NCBI GenBank assembly: GCA_013265495.1
Contig: MU058718.1
Coordinates: 2,317,779 to 2,381,778, forward strand
Origin: Vicugna vicugna
Lineage: Eukaryota
Length of the DNA: 64,000 nucleotides
Direction of reading: 5' to 3'
Position numbers and translations under genes: made by a program. Within the stretch, counting starts at the first letter, position 1; every line of letters starts with the position of its first letter. Shown here in pieces: positions 13,091-25,332 of this stretch. Under the pieces are notes generated by a model that was not told the origin of the DNA, made no database searches, and saw only the letters and a list, made by a program, of their open reading frames with translations.

Positions 13091-13347
13091 TACACGAATG
13101 TAGTGAAACCAGATAGAAATTCCAGTCTAGTTCCAAGAGTGACCGAAGCAAAACAACTGATGCCAAAGGCAAACAGTGAGACGAGACGCTCACAGACACC
13201 TCCTGCCTGGCCCCATAGTGGTGAAAATACGGACATTGTAAGGGGCTGGTGTCCCTGTGATTTAACTTGTCTAAATGATTTGTAAATAAAGTACACAAGC
13301 CTAGATTTGAGAGTTCATCTAGTCCAGCTTTAGCAGCTGAACACAAC

Positions 13348-13685
13348 CTCTCTTGTTCAGGATCGCTGGTGAAGAGTGTGAAGTCTTTGTTGAAGACCCG
13401 CCTGTGAGGGAGGGTTTGCCTTGGGAGAGTCTGCTTAGTGGCTGCTGGTTCTTTTGCATCCTGGCCAGAGCCCACCTCACTTGCCCCTTTTCCATCCTGG
13501 TCCTCGCCCTGATCTCTGAAGTCAAGGAAGCAAAGCTGCGGCTTCTGCTCCATGATGTCCTGGAAGGACTGAAGACTACATCTCCCCCAGACTTTGTCCT
13601 CCTCAGTGTTCAGCCTCAGTGTTTTCCAGCTCCCTCACCGTTTGCTCACTTCTCCCAGGACATAATCTAGTCTTTCTCTGCATTT
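13348..13685 (-). pseudogene. Candidate large exon (338 bp, phase 0->2), 112 codons with a single TGA: KCRERLDYVLGEVSKR*GSWKTLRLNTEEDKVWGRCSLQSFQDIMEQKPQLCFLDFRDQGEDQDG...HRRVFNKDFTLFTSDPEQE
   Basis: Acceptor tcttgtgtaatattctggacag|AAAT, donor GAG|gttgtg (weak); TGA at 13637-13635 (CGG TGA); non-repeat, GC-richer than flanks; overlaps the 5' part of the longest ORF in the window (12972-13553). Confidence 0.5.
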
Positions 13686-14834
13686 CTGTCCAGAATATTA
13701 CACAAGACATTGTCTCCTCAGTGTCGAATGACGTGGAATATATTACTTCCTGAGTTCTGGGTATTCTACTTCTATTTCTACCCAAAGCTAAGTTAGCTGA
13801 AAAGCAGCCGCACTTTTTCCCAACTAGTTTTGTACTTGTAATTAACTATATACTCAGCTCTATTGAACAAGAATTGCTTTTAAGCCCAGAATTACATGTA
13901 ATTTTCTTTTCTTTATTAACAGAAAATGTTGCGCCTGACAGGGCAAAGACAGAGACTGCTGGGTGGTGTGCAGCTCAGCGAACTTGTTTCAGAACTGGTC
14001 ATCCATGGTCTTTCGATGCATTGTTCAGCCAGCTGCACCTCCATCTCAGCAGTTCAGTAATGTTACTGTTCATCATTCTATTTATAAAAATGCCATAAGA
14101 AACCCTGCCAAATATTTTGTAAAAGGATAGTATATTGAAAATATTCCATTAACTTTCAAGTTGTTTTAAAATATGTTTTCAAAATAGAGTCATTTATAAC
14201 CAATCAAGCTTCCAGTTTTAAGAGCGATGATGAGTTCTTAGCCCATGCTGACTCCCAGGGGTCACTGACTTTTAAATCCTTTCAAGGAGAATGAGCATTC
14301 TCTTACCACTAAGTTGGTCCTTGCCCTCTCCAGGTGAGGTTGGAAGGGCTTGGCAAGGTTGGCAATGAAAGCCTGTGAGTTAAAGAGACAAAACATGCAG
14401 GCCTATTTTTTGACAGGCTTATTTTTTAACATGGAAACTGAAACTTTGTTAAAGTCGCCTGGCAAGGACGTAAACCAGGATTCACATCCAGCTCTTTTCC
14501 TCCAAGTTCATCCTTCACATTGAGCTGAACATTCTCTCAATCTGAATCCCCTCCATCCAATTCCTATGATGAGTTCTAGCTCTCTTATGGTCATGAGCAA
14601 ATCTCAAAATAGGGTAAGCAGCGCCACAGGCAAAAAATGCTGCATTTTTGTCTAATATCACTTTTTGTTTGAAGATGAAGGGCATTTTTTTTCTTTATTA
14701 ATACCAAACCCAAAGGTATTTTGGAAAGTAATGTAAAACTCACTTTAAATTTAAAGATGAAATACGAGATTTTAAAGATATCTTGTGCAAGTTTTGGCCC
14801 TCTCTGTTTACCACTGATTTATATTTATTTTTCT

Positions 14835-16440
14835 AACAAATAAGGGGATCCAAATTGAAAGAGAAGAGGCAAAATTGTCACTGTATGCAGATGACATGAT
14901 ACTATATATAGAAAACCCTAAAGACTCCACCCAAAAACTATTAAACCTGATGAACAAATTCAGCAAGGTAGCAGGATACAAGAGCAACATACAGAAGTCT
15001 GTTGTGTTTCTTTACACTAAAAATGAAATGTCAAAAAAGTTTAAAAAAATGCCTTTTAACCTTTGACAAAGGAAGCAAGAACATACAATGGTGAAAAGAC
15101 AATCTCTTCAGCAAGCAGTGTTGGGAAAACTGGACGGCCACATGCAAATCAATGAGGTTAGAACACTCCCTCGCACCATGTACAAAAATAAACTCAAAAT
15201 GGCTTAACAACTTATATATAAGATAAGACACTATAACCTCCTATTAGAAAACATAGGCAAAACATTCTCTGACATAAATCTTAGCAGTTCTCCTAGGGCA
15301 GTCGACCCAGGCAATAGAAACAAAAGCAAAAATTAAAAAAAAAATGGATGTGATTAAATCTATAAGCTTTTGCACAGCAAAGGAAACTATAAATAAAAAG
15401 ACAACCTATGGAATGGCAGAAAATATCTGCAAACGATGCAACTAACAAGGGCTTATTTTCCAGAATATGCAAACAGCTCATACAACTCAGTAACAAAAAA
15501 CAAACAACCCAATCCAAAAATAGACAGAAGACCTAAACAAACATTTCTCTAATGAGGACATACAAATGGCCAATAAGCACATGAAAAGATGCTCAATAGA
15601 ACTAATTATTAGAGAAATGCAAATCAAAACTACAATGAGGTATCACCTCACCCCAGTCAGAATGGCCACCACTCAGAAGTCCACAAACAATAAATGCTGG
15701 AGAGGGTGTGGAGAAAAGGGAGCCCTCCTACACTGTTGGTGGGAATATAGTTTGGTGCAGCCACTGTGGAAAACAGTACGGAGATTCCTCAAAAAACTAA
15801 AAATAGACTTACCACATGATCCAGGAATCCCACTTCTGAGCATATAATCAGAGGGAACTCTAATTCAAAAAAGACATGCACTCCAATGTTCATAGCAGCA
15901 GTGTTTACAATAGCCAAGATGTGGAAACAACCTAAATGTCTATATACAGACAAATGGATAAAGAAGACATGGTATATATATATACACAATGGAATACTAC
16001 TCAGGCATAAAAAGAATGAAATAATGCCATTTGCAGCAACATGGATGGACCTGGAGATAGCCATACTAAGTGAAGTCAGTCAGAAAGAGAAAGAAAAATA
16101 CCATATACTATCACTTACACATGGAATCTAAAAAATGATACAAATGAACTTATTTACAAAACAGAAACAGACTCATTGACACAGAAAACAAATTTATGGT
16201 TACCAGGGGGAAAGGGGGAGTGGAGGGATAAACTGGGAGTTCAGAATTTGTAGATACTAACTACTGTATATAAAACAGGTAAAAAACAAGATTCTACTGT
16301 ATAGCACAGGGAATTATATTCAATATTTTGTGCCTATAGCAAAAAAATATGAAAAGGAATATATAACTGAATCACTACACTGTACAGCAGAAATTAACAC
16401 AACACTGTAAACTGACTATACCTCAATAAAACAAAAAAAA
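14835..16440 (+). mobile_element. 5'-truncated LINE-1 (ORF2 RT fragment, internal deletion, C-terminus, 3'UTR, poly-A); non-functional
   Basis: RT motif LYADDMILY (YADD at 14884-14895); ORF2 fragments [10 protein letters not shown]...HCWWE and [18 protein letters not shown]; frameshifts and stops; A tail 16426-16440. Confidence 0.97.
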
Positions 16441-16494
16441 ATTTTCTGTGCCATTAGAGATCTTTCAGTAGAAAAATTTGAGATCGCCTATTTA

Positions 16495-16993
16495 TTAGTT
16501 GGGATATTACTAGTTGCAAGTGACAGAAACCCCAATTCAAATTAGCACAAATAAAAAATGGTTTACATAATTGAAATTTTGAAGAGTAGAATTTAAGCAT
16601 GGCTGGATCCAAGAGCCCAGACTCTGACATGTAGACCTGATCTGTCACCTTGGTGTGCCTCTGCTTCCTTCTGCATCAAGGCTTTTTGCTGGTCACAGTG
16701 AGATGTATATTAGGCAGGCATCCTTTGTTCTCAGCAAGCCAGCAGAAAAGAGAATGCTTCTCAACTGTGCCAGCAAACATTTCATGGGTCCTAAATGCAT
16801 CATCTTCAGACAAAGCAACGTGGCCCGGGGGTTGTGATACTCTGCGTCACATGCCCAGTCCTGGGACTGGAGTGAACCCCTCTGGAATGTCATGGCTTGA
16901 AATGGGTGAGGGCCAGCCCCCAAAGAAAGACAGGGCAGCCAGGTTCTTACCAGAAGAAGCATGAATAAAATGAGTAGACGAAAAGCAGATGCC
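16495..16993 (-). mobile_element. MaLR LTR relic (MLT1I/J-like)
   Basis: GGATATTACTAGTTGCAAGTGACAGAAACCC...AGCATGGCTGGATCCAAGAG...GTCACATGCCCAGTCCTGG typical of old MLT1. Confidence 0.7.
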
Positions 16994-17004
16994 CATGCAA
17001 GCCT

Positions 17005-17410
17005 CATTTACACTTGAATGTCCAACAGATGTCTCAAATTTTATAGGTTCAAAATGCAACTCTTTATTTTCCTGCTTCCAGTTTTTCAACTTAGAAAATG
17101 GCAAAAACATTAAATCAGTTGTTCAGGCCAAAAACTTTAGAATAATCCATGATTTTTCTTTTTCTCTTTCCTTAGGAAGTTTTCTTAGTTCTAACTTTAA
17201 AATATATTTTCTTTTAGACTACCTCTTACTACTTCCACCACCAACAGCTTTTAAAAAAAATCTCTCATTTGGATTAATGCAATTTCTTTCCAAACAGTCT
17301 CTGAACTTCTGCTCTTGGTGCTTTACTAACTGTTCTCTATATTATAGTCAGTTATTTTTTAAAAATAAAAATGAGTTTTTAATAACTCTGACCAAAACTC
17401 TACAATGGTG
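17005..17410 (+). mobile_element. LINE-2 fragment interrupted by L1 (resumes near 18655)
   Basis: CACTTGAATGTCCAACAGATGTCTCAAATT...CTCTCATTTGGATTAATGCAAT...AAAACTCTACAATGG degenerate L2 motifs. Confidence 0.55.
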
Positions 17411-18560
17411 GATCAGAAACCAAACATAAAACCTAGAATAATAAACTTTTAAAATACAAGAGAAAATCTTTGTGACTGTGGGTTGAATGAAGATTTCTTA
17501 GGACATAAAAAGCATGAACCATAAAACAAAAACTGATAAACTGGACTTCACCAAAATTAAAAGCTTCCTCTTTTTAAAAGACACTGTTAAGAAAACAAAA
17601 AGACAAGCCACAGATTGGAAGAATATATTTGAAAAATACATACTGGATAAAAGTCTTGTATTTAAATAATGAAGAACTCTTATAACCCAGTAATAAAACA
17701 AACAACTCATTAACAAAATGAGACGATCTGAACATATTCTTCATCATTTAAGAGATATGGATGGTATATAATCACATGAAAATATGCCCAACATTATTAG
17801 TCATTAGGGAAATGCAAACTCAAGTCACAATGAATGCCACTATATGCCTACTAAAAACAAAAAGTAAAAACTTAACAATATCAAGGGCTGGCAAAGATAC
17901 GGAGCAACTGGAACTCCAAACGCTGCTGGTGGGATGCAAAATGGCACAGTCTTGTTGGAAGACAATTTAGTAGTTTCTTATAATATGAAACATATCCTTA
18001 CCATAAGACCTAGTAGCCCTACTCCTAGATAGTTCCTCAAGAGAAATGAAACATGTCCACCCAAGACTTGCATGTGAACGTTGATAGTAACAGCTTTATC
18101 CATAAAAGGGAAAAACTGGAAACAATCTGAATGTCCACCAACTGGATAAACAACTTGTGGCACATCCACAATGGAGTACCTCTCAGGAATGAAAAGTAAA
18201 CTGTGTACTGAGACATGTAATGACAGGGAAGAATCTCAAATGTGTCGTGCTAAGTGAAAGGAGGCAGATACAGAGGTCTACGCGCTGTATGATTCCATTT
18301 ACGTGCCATTCTGGAAAAAGGCTAAATTATATGAACAGAAATCCCATCAGTAGTTAACAGGGTCTGAGAGGGAGGGAGGGGACTGACTACAAAGGAGCAC
18401 GAGGGAAGTTTTTGGAGAGATGGAAATGTTCTGATCTCGAGGGTTGTTGTGGTCGTGTGCTCAAAACACGTGAAAGCTCACTGAATGGTACATCTAAAAA
18501 GGGTACATTTTCTTGTATATAAATTATACCTCAATATGTATTTTACTTAAAAATGAAAAA
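17411..18560 (+). mobile_element. Old LINE-1 3' portion (L1MC/L1MD-like)
   Basis: Degenerate ORF2 end (LLVIREMQ..., LLVGCKMAQ) and 3'UTR ...GGAAATGTTCTGATCT...AAATTATACCTCAAT. Confidence 0.85.
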
Positions 18561-19104
18561 TCTAGGATTGCTTATAACTACTTCTGGTTTGGCAGGGCCT
18601 AATTAGAATCGATTTTTGCTCAAATAAATTCAATTTTTTAAAAAATTATCTTTCAGGGGCTTCCTATCACTTTTAAAATAAATCCTGCTCTTTTACTAAC
18701 TAAATATACATATATATGTGTATATGCCATTTCAAAGGACAGGGACTATGACTATATGTGATATTATTTTATATCCTTCAAAATAAATACATTTTTGTTG
18801 AATATTACATTTTTCTATCAGGCTATGTGATCATAAATAAGACCCTTCTATCTGTTGCCTTTGTCAACATCTAATTAAAAGAAAGCAATCTTAGAAGAAA
18901 AAAAGAGCCTTCTTACTCCAGAAAGTGCCACCTCACTCACAAATTTCTGACAAAAACATCGCACTGGGATTTGTCCCAATGATGTAAGTTTATGAAAAAT
19001 TCTTTACAACAAATAACACAGTTTGCAAATAATACTCTTCAACAAAGGCTTTTCTCTATTTCTATTTCTATAAACAATTATTTATATAACTTTCAAAAGA
19101 CAAA

Positions 19105-19325
19105 AATAATCATAACAATAGCTAATGTTTAATGAGCACTTACTTTGTGTGGTGCTTGGTGCCAAACTCCACGTAGATGATCTCATTTTTATCCTGTCAT
19201 GACCCTATGAGACATAAGTATGCCTCTAAAATCCTCTCCTAACAGAGGAGGGACTGAGGCTGTGCAGCTTGACAAAGGTTGTGCAGCCAGTGAAGATTCA
19301 GAGCCAGAATCACACACCATGTCTG
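19105..19325 (-). mobile_element. MIR SINE
   Basis: AATAGCTAATGTTTAATGAGCACTTAC...ATCTCATTTTTATCCTGTCATGACCCTATGAG...ACAGAGGAGGGACTGAGGCT. Confidence 0.75.
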
Positions 19326-19338
19326 TGGTCAGTTAGTG

Positions 19339-19452
19339 CAGTAATGCCTCACTATCTGTGGGGGACCAGGACCCCCAGGGACACCAAAATCCATGGAAAC
19401 TTGTCTCTAACAGGACATGGTAGTAATGCAGTTGGGCCCCACAGCTGACTGT
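19339..19452 (+). mobile_element. Internally deleted Tc1/mariner-Tigger MITE (MER2-like)
   Basis: CAGTAATGCCTCACTATCTGTGGGGGACCAGGACCCCCAGGGACACCAAAATCCATGGA...CTGACTGTA resembles MER2 termini. Confidence 0.55.
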
Positions 19453-20221
19453 ACTGTCTTGTAAAATCTGATGGGTTGTTGATTCTTTGCATATTTTGCT
19501 TTGTTTTTCCAACCAGAGTGTAACCTATATAAAATCAGGTATTGTGATTCATTCATCTTGCTGTTCTCAGAAGCACCTAGCATGCTGTAGCGTCAAAAGA
19601 AAAATTTACTGAGTGAGCTTATCCCTCAAACTTCGATTCCACAGCTTCATTTGTCCTGTTGGGGGGACTGGGTATCTGTTGCCTTAATGAAGGGTGGAGG
19701 AAGAATGAAGGTGTTTCTTATTCTACAGATATTTTTCAAAGGAGTAGGCTCCTTTCTGACTGTAATGATTTTGGTGCAGTCTTACTTGAGATTAAATCTA
19801 TCAACATTATTTCATTTGCCTGCTACTACATTTTAGCTCATCTCCATATACCTATTTGAGAAGAATTAGTCATTTGCTATATAATCGGAATCATTTATGT
19901 CCTATTTTTATTTCTCATTGGGGATTTCCTATAAACCGTATATGGCCCATAAACTTCTCTTTAGCGTCTCCAATTTGGGGGAAAAAAATGTGATGCTGTG
20001 CCCTGGTCTGGTCTGTTCTAAATATACATTTCCTTTCTCTGAATCCACAACGTGTGGTTTTACTACAAGTGAAGAATAAAGGTCAAAAGAAGCTAACTGT
20101 TGCAAAAGACCATTAGGTAAAAAAGTATATCAAGTTTGTCACAAAATGAAAACTTTTAAATGCATTGTTAACTTAATGTATAGATAAGCACAATCAATGG
20201 AATAAAAGAGGGATATTATAA

Positions 20222-20320
20222 AATGTATACATGACTGAACTACTACGCTATATACCAGAAATTGACACATTGTAAACTGACTATACTTCAATAATTAATA
20301 AATAAATAAATAAATAATAA
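20222..20320 (+). mobile_element. Very short 5'-truncated L1 3' tail
   Basis: ATGACTGAACTACTACGCTATATACCAGAAATTGACACATTGTAAACTGACTATACTTCAAT + (TAAA)n, matching ends of L1s at ~575-650 and ~16365-16440. Confidence 0.85.
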
Positions 20321-20451
20321 ATTCAACTGGTTATGCTCTTTTATTGACTTAAATTCAAATTCACTACTTAGGTAGTTGTAGCATTCTTAGATAATGATAC
20401 GGAGAGTATCAGTTCCATTTTAAACATCGCTAACTTTGTACACGCAGCATT

Positions 20452-21700
20452 TATTCAGCATTCAACAAATATTTATTCAGCCCCTACTATGTGACAGATG
20501 TAGTGTTTTGGGGTTACACTGGTAACCAAGACAGACAGTTTCTGCCTTTACGGAACTTACATTCTACAAAGGCCAAAAAACAAACAAACAAAAAAACACC
20601 AAACAAGTAAACCAAAATGACAATTAGCAAGCTGTAATAAAGCCTTAAAAGGAAACAAGTGGGGGTTGGGATGGAGAATCAGACTGGGGAGGGGTTGGGT
20701 GGCAGCGTAAAAGTACTTCAGATAGCACGGTTTGGCATTGATCTTTCTGAGGAGGAAAGAGTCGAGCTAGAAAGCGGAGGAATGAGTAATAGATGAAAGG
20801 CGCGTGTGTGCACGGGCGTGCGTGTGAACCCCGCCCAACAGGAAGCCATAGATACAAAGACCGTGAGGCAGGAAAGAACTTCCAGGGTTGAGCAGCTGAG
20901 AGAAGCCCCTGGTGGCTGGAAAAAGGTGAATGAATGACGGGCAGTGGTAGCAGGGAAGGCCGGCGAGGTGGGAAGGAGCTGGACTGGGCAGGGCCTCACC
21001 AGTCAAAGAGTTGGGATCTTATTCTAAATACAATGGAAAGCCATGTAAGGGTGTTAAGCAGAGACCAAGCAAAGTCTGATTTACAGTCTAAGAAGGCCCC
21101 TCTCACTGTGATGAGGAAGATAGATCCACAGAGGAACAAGGATTGAAGCAGAGACTGAAGGGAAGCTACTCTGGTTCTGGGGATGAAAAATGATGGTAGC
21201 TTGGCCTTGGTTGGCAGTAGTGGAGGCAGACAAAAATGGGTGGATTGCTGGTGGGATGAACATGGAGGTTAAGGGAAAGAGAAATGAAGCTAAGACTCTT
21301 CTTTTTGACTTAAGTTAAACATTATTGAATGTAGGAGTGGGAACCGGTTTTGTGGGAGGCATTGATCCTGTTTTGAACATGTTAGGTTTGAAACGTTTGT
21401 ATGCTATCCAAAAAAAGATGTCGAGTTGACAGATGACAAAGTTACTAATGTGGAGCTTATAAGAGGAGTCCCGGTTAGAAATATCATTAGGGAGTAATCA
21501 GGTTATAAACAGTATTTAAAACTCTAGGAATGGATGAGATCACCTAGGAAAAGGAATTCAAAGAGAAAGAGAGCGTATCTAGGTGAAATCCCTGAAAAGC
21601 GCTACCATGTAGAGATTGAACAGGAAGGAGTAAAGGAACTCCTCTCGCAAAGAGCCTGAGGAAAAAGCGGCCAGAGAGGTAGGAGAAAAACCAGGAAGTC
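20452..21700 (-). mobile_element. LINE-2, long 3' fragment
   Basis: CATTCAACAAATATTTATT start; ...TTTGAACATGTTAGGTTTGAAA...GGATGAGATCACCTAGG...GGCCAGAGAGGTAGGAGAAAAACCAGG L2 motifs. Confidence 0.85.
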
Positions 21701-21818
21701 CTCAGGAACAATGTTAAATAATCAAAATTTGGACAAGCAACTCAATATTTCTGTGCCTCTGCTTCCTTATCTCTAAAATAAATTTATACATTTTTATTAA
21801 ATAAACCATGTAGAATAG

Positions 21819-22346
21819 CATATTAGTTTTCTATTGCTGCTATAACAATACCATAAACTCAGTGGCTTGAAGCAAGAAAAATGTATCATCTTACATTTCT
21901 GGAGGTCAGAAGTCCAAAATAGGTCCTTTACGGCGAGGAAATATCAATACGTCAGCAAGCCTGGCTCCCTCTGGACGTACTAGAGGGAAAGTCTGTTTCT
22001 TGGCGTTCTCTAGCTTCTCGGGGCTGTCTGCATTCCGAGTCGTCACCCGCTCCCACCTTCAAGGCGAGCAAGGGCAGGTTGAGACTAGCGTCCATTATCT
22101 TACCTCCTTCTGACTGCGCCTCCTTTTCGGCCTCCCAGCCTCTCTTTGGCTTAATTGAAAGGCCCTTGTGATTACAGTGGACTCACCTGGGGAATCCGGT
22201 GTCTCTCCCTGTCTCATCGTGAGCCGATTAACAACCTTAATTCTATTTGCAGCTTCGTTCTCCTTTACCATATAGTATAACATATCCCCAGGTTCTGGAG
22301 GTCAAGAAATAGGCACCTGTGAGGTGCCAGGATTCTCTCTACCACA
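21819..22346 (-). mobile_element. MaLR solo LTR (MLT1C/D-like) inserted in a MIR (21730-21818, 22347-22480)
   Basis: TATTAGTTTTCTATTGCTGCTATAACAATACCATAAACTCAGTGGCTT...CTGGAGGTCAGAAGTCC...ATTCTCTCTACCACA. Confidence 0.9.
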
Positions 22347-23404
22347 AGCAGTAGTAATCCGTGCCTCATAAGATTGCTAAGAGGAAAATAAAGGGTGAAG
22401 ATAAAATGAGCCAGTACACAAAATACATTTGCCAGGCGTACAGTAAATATTCAATAACATTGGCTATCGTTATTATTACTTTATTTCATTTCTACCTCGA
22501 CCACTAGATAGCATCTCAGACAAATATTCTGTTATAGTCATCCCTATAGCACAGGTTATAGATGTTCATGAAATATTTGTTGGGGGAATACAGGGCACAA
22601 AGAATGCTCTGACATGTTCAGTGAATAAATGAATGCAGACACGCATGGTTCAGATAGAGCTGCAGAGGCACTGTAGTGACCTCACTTGACTTCACCTTTG
22701 CCGGAACCCTGTGGGGTGGACTGGCATTCCTCCAAACCAGTTTGTCTTCTTGACTTCTCCATTTAAGTTCACAGACCCACCATTTACTTATGTGTGAAAC
22801 CTCAAAGTACTTTTACAGAATGTATTGAATTACTTATACTTGGTCTACTTCCGCTCTCACGGTTGGTTTTATTTGACACTTTCTCCCCTTTATTCACTCA
22901 ACAAACATGATTTTAAAGTTAAGTATGTGCCAGATATCAGGCTAGAGAGCCCCAAAGCAAAGTTAAATTAAACAGTCTTCCTCAGTAATGTCTCAAACTT
23001 TCCTACTTTCTCTTCCTCCAACAATCAGCTGGTTAAGACTCTCACTACTTCCCTCGGCTTCGGGGGAGTCTATCTCCATGGCCTCTGTCACACTTCTTTA
23101 CCAAAGCCCAGTGAGGCCGCTCTCCAAATATGCCTGGTATTTGCTCATGCTCTTGTTGACACTTGTCTCCTCTGCCTAGAATGTCTTCACTCCCTCTGCT
23201 GGGTGAAACGATATGCACTCACTTTTTCGCCCCATATCCAACCCCACTCTTCTTAGAAGCCTTTTTGACCCTGGCAACCGTGTCTTCTCTCTCCCTCGAT
23301 AGTGCTGTCCTCTTGATTGCCCGCAGATGCACCTGCATTGTAAGCATGTTTGCACTAGGCTCTCAGCTCATTCAGGGCAGTGACTGCCTTTTATTACAGC
23401 CACA

Positions 23405-23600
23405 CAGACTCTCGATTCCAAGTTTGAATCCTGGCTCCTCTATTTTTAAGCTCTGTGGCTTTGGGCAGGTTACTTAACCTCTCTGCTTCAGTATCATCTG
23501 CTAAATGGGGTTAATGATATTATTTAGTCAATAGAGTTATGATGAGGATTGACTGACTAAACCACGGGGCTAGCACATGATAAGCACTCAACAAGCATTT
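23405..23600 (+). mobile_element. MIR SINE
   Basis: AGTTTGAATCCTGGCTCC...TTTGGGCAGGTTACTTAACCTCTCTG...AAATGGGG...GAGGATTGACTGA...TAAGCACTCAACAA. Confidence 0.85.
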
Positions 23601-24196
23601 GTTGAACTTTTGCACATCTAGGGGATTGAGAATTTGGTGTTACCACTTCTTTGGGGGAGAACAGAGATTTTAAGTGTTAGGTAATTCTCCCCAAGTCAGG
23701 AAAGAACTAGGTTTAGAAGTCATATCACTTCAACTCTGCTTCCCAAATACCTCCCACTACTGAGTTGGAAGGAATATATTTTATTTAAGAGTGTTTTGTC
23801 TTTTTCTTAAATAGAAGGCTGGAATCAAGCTGCCTAATTTTACATCCTCTGGTTTTAACATATGGGAGATGATTTGGGCAAACTTCTTAGGCTGTACAAA
23901 TGTTCACATTCTACATTGTATCTGGCCAGGCCCCAAGTCTCAGGTGTAAACGCCTGGACCCTAAACCCATGAGCTACTTGAGAGCAGGCTAGCAACTCCT
24001 GTCAATTACATGAAATCCCTATGGTACCTGGAGAGCCTCAGCGGCCCCAGCACCGTCTGCGATGTTATTCCCAGCTATCTTGCTCTTTCACTTTGACTTG
24101 GGTTTTGCTGGGGGTGGGGGGGAGTCGAGGGGGAAGTGTGGAGGGGTGGGAGGGCTGGAATGTAAGTCTCCAAAGCGCCTTAGGTGATACAAATAC

Positions 24197-24462
24197 CTGT
24201 TTTAAGATTTAAGGGGAAAATAAAACTACTCCTGGGCTGTAGCTGACTGGGAGTTGTCAGAATGTACACTGGGGCTTCAAGGTTTTGTTCAACTGTCATC
24301 CTCTTGGGGCAAACACGGAAACGTCGATGGATTGAGAGCCATTCCCTGCCTTAGGAAGACCACGAGTTGCAAATACAAATCCTGTAGAAGTAGGGCAGAA
24401 AAATCCTGGTGGCCGAAGAAGAGGTGAGATACTTGCATACCCCATTTGAATGTTGCCCTGGT
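24197..24462 (-). pseudogene. Candidate exon (266 bp), stops in all three frames
   Basis: Acceptor ttgtttttctgttttaaaacag|ACCA and donor CAG|gtattt; not recognised as repeat; best frame has one stop. Confidence 0.35.
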
Positions 24463-24724
24463 CTGTTTTAAAACAGAAAAACAATCACATTATTCTCTGG
24501 TGCAAACATTTCCAATGGCTCTATGTTGCCAGCAAGATTAATCTAGGCTCTCTGGCCTGGCCTCCAAGGTCTGCCGCAACTTAACTTGCTGGTTCTAGGA
24601 CTCTCTTGGCCCTGCCAGCTGCCACACTAGTCTTGAGGTAATGCTAAAATGTAATTTTAAGGGAGGAAATACTACTACCCCACTTCTAATCTCACAGGGT
24701 GAGTGATAACATTAATAAGTTACT

Positions 24725-24910
24725 CTATAACAAGCATTGTACAAAAGGCACTGTACACACATTAACTCATTTTAATCTTCATAACCTAATCATCACATTT
24801 TATCCTTAAGGACACTCAGGTGTTAAGTAAACTGCCCAGGGTCCTATAATTAGAAAGTGGTGGAGCCTAGGATTCCAACTCACAGTCTGGCTTCTTAACC
24901 ACTGTGACCT
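24725..24910 (-). mobile_element. MIR SINE
   Basis: ATTAACTCATTTTAATCTTCATAACC...GTTAAGTAAACTGCCCAGGGTC...GGAGCCTAGGATTCCAACTC...CTTAACCACTGTG. Confidence 0.75.
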
Positions 24911-25332
24911 TCTAGAAAGACTTGTTCCCTGGGGAGGAATTGTCCTGCTGACATCTGAACCTTCAGGAACTTTGACTGCCTCTGCTGGCTTCTGCCAACT
25001 TGGCTGGTTAAAGTTGAGCCGAGCAAAGGAGAAAATGGACAAAATCTCCCTTAAAGCCAGTGTACTTCCTAGAGCCACAGCAGGCATTATCATTTGATAA
25101 CTTTATTTTTCCCTAAAAAGGACCAAACAAAACTAGGTTCACTGCATCATCTACTTGCTGAGAGGTCTTATGAATTACAAGTTCATAACAGGAATGTTTA
25201 TGCGAGTTGTGTAATTTAACTAAGTTTTCCACGAGGATGCTCGGAGTTAATGGGTAACAGCTGTGGGGAGGATGAAAACCATCTTGGCTACACCTGGAGT
25301 GCTTTCATTGTTGGAGAGGCTGGCCTGCCACA

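Noticed and set aside
14875..16131. Reverse-transcriptase-containing ORFs (possible retron/DGR-like system)
   Set aside because: Ordinary fragmented LINE-1 ORF2; 5'-truncated, internally deleted and frameshifted.
16989..17429. 146-aa plus-strand ORF
   Set aside because: Lies over a degenerate AT-rich L2 fragment; F/L/K/N-rich composition typical of non-coding DNA.
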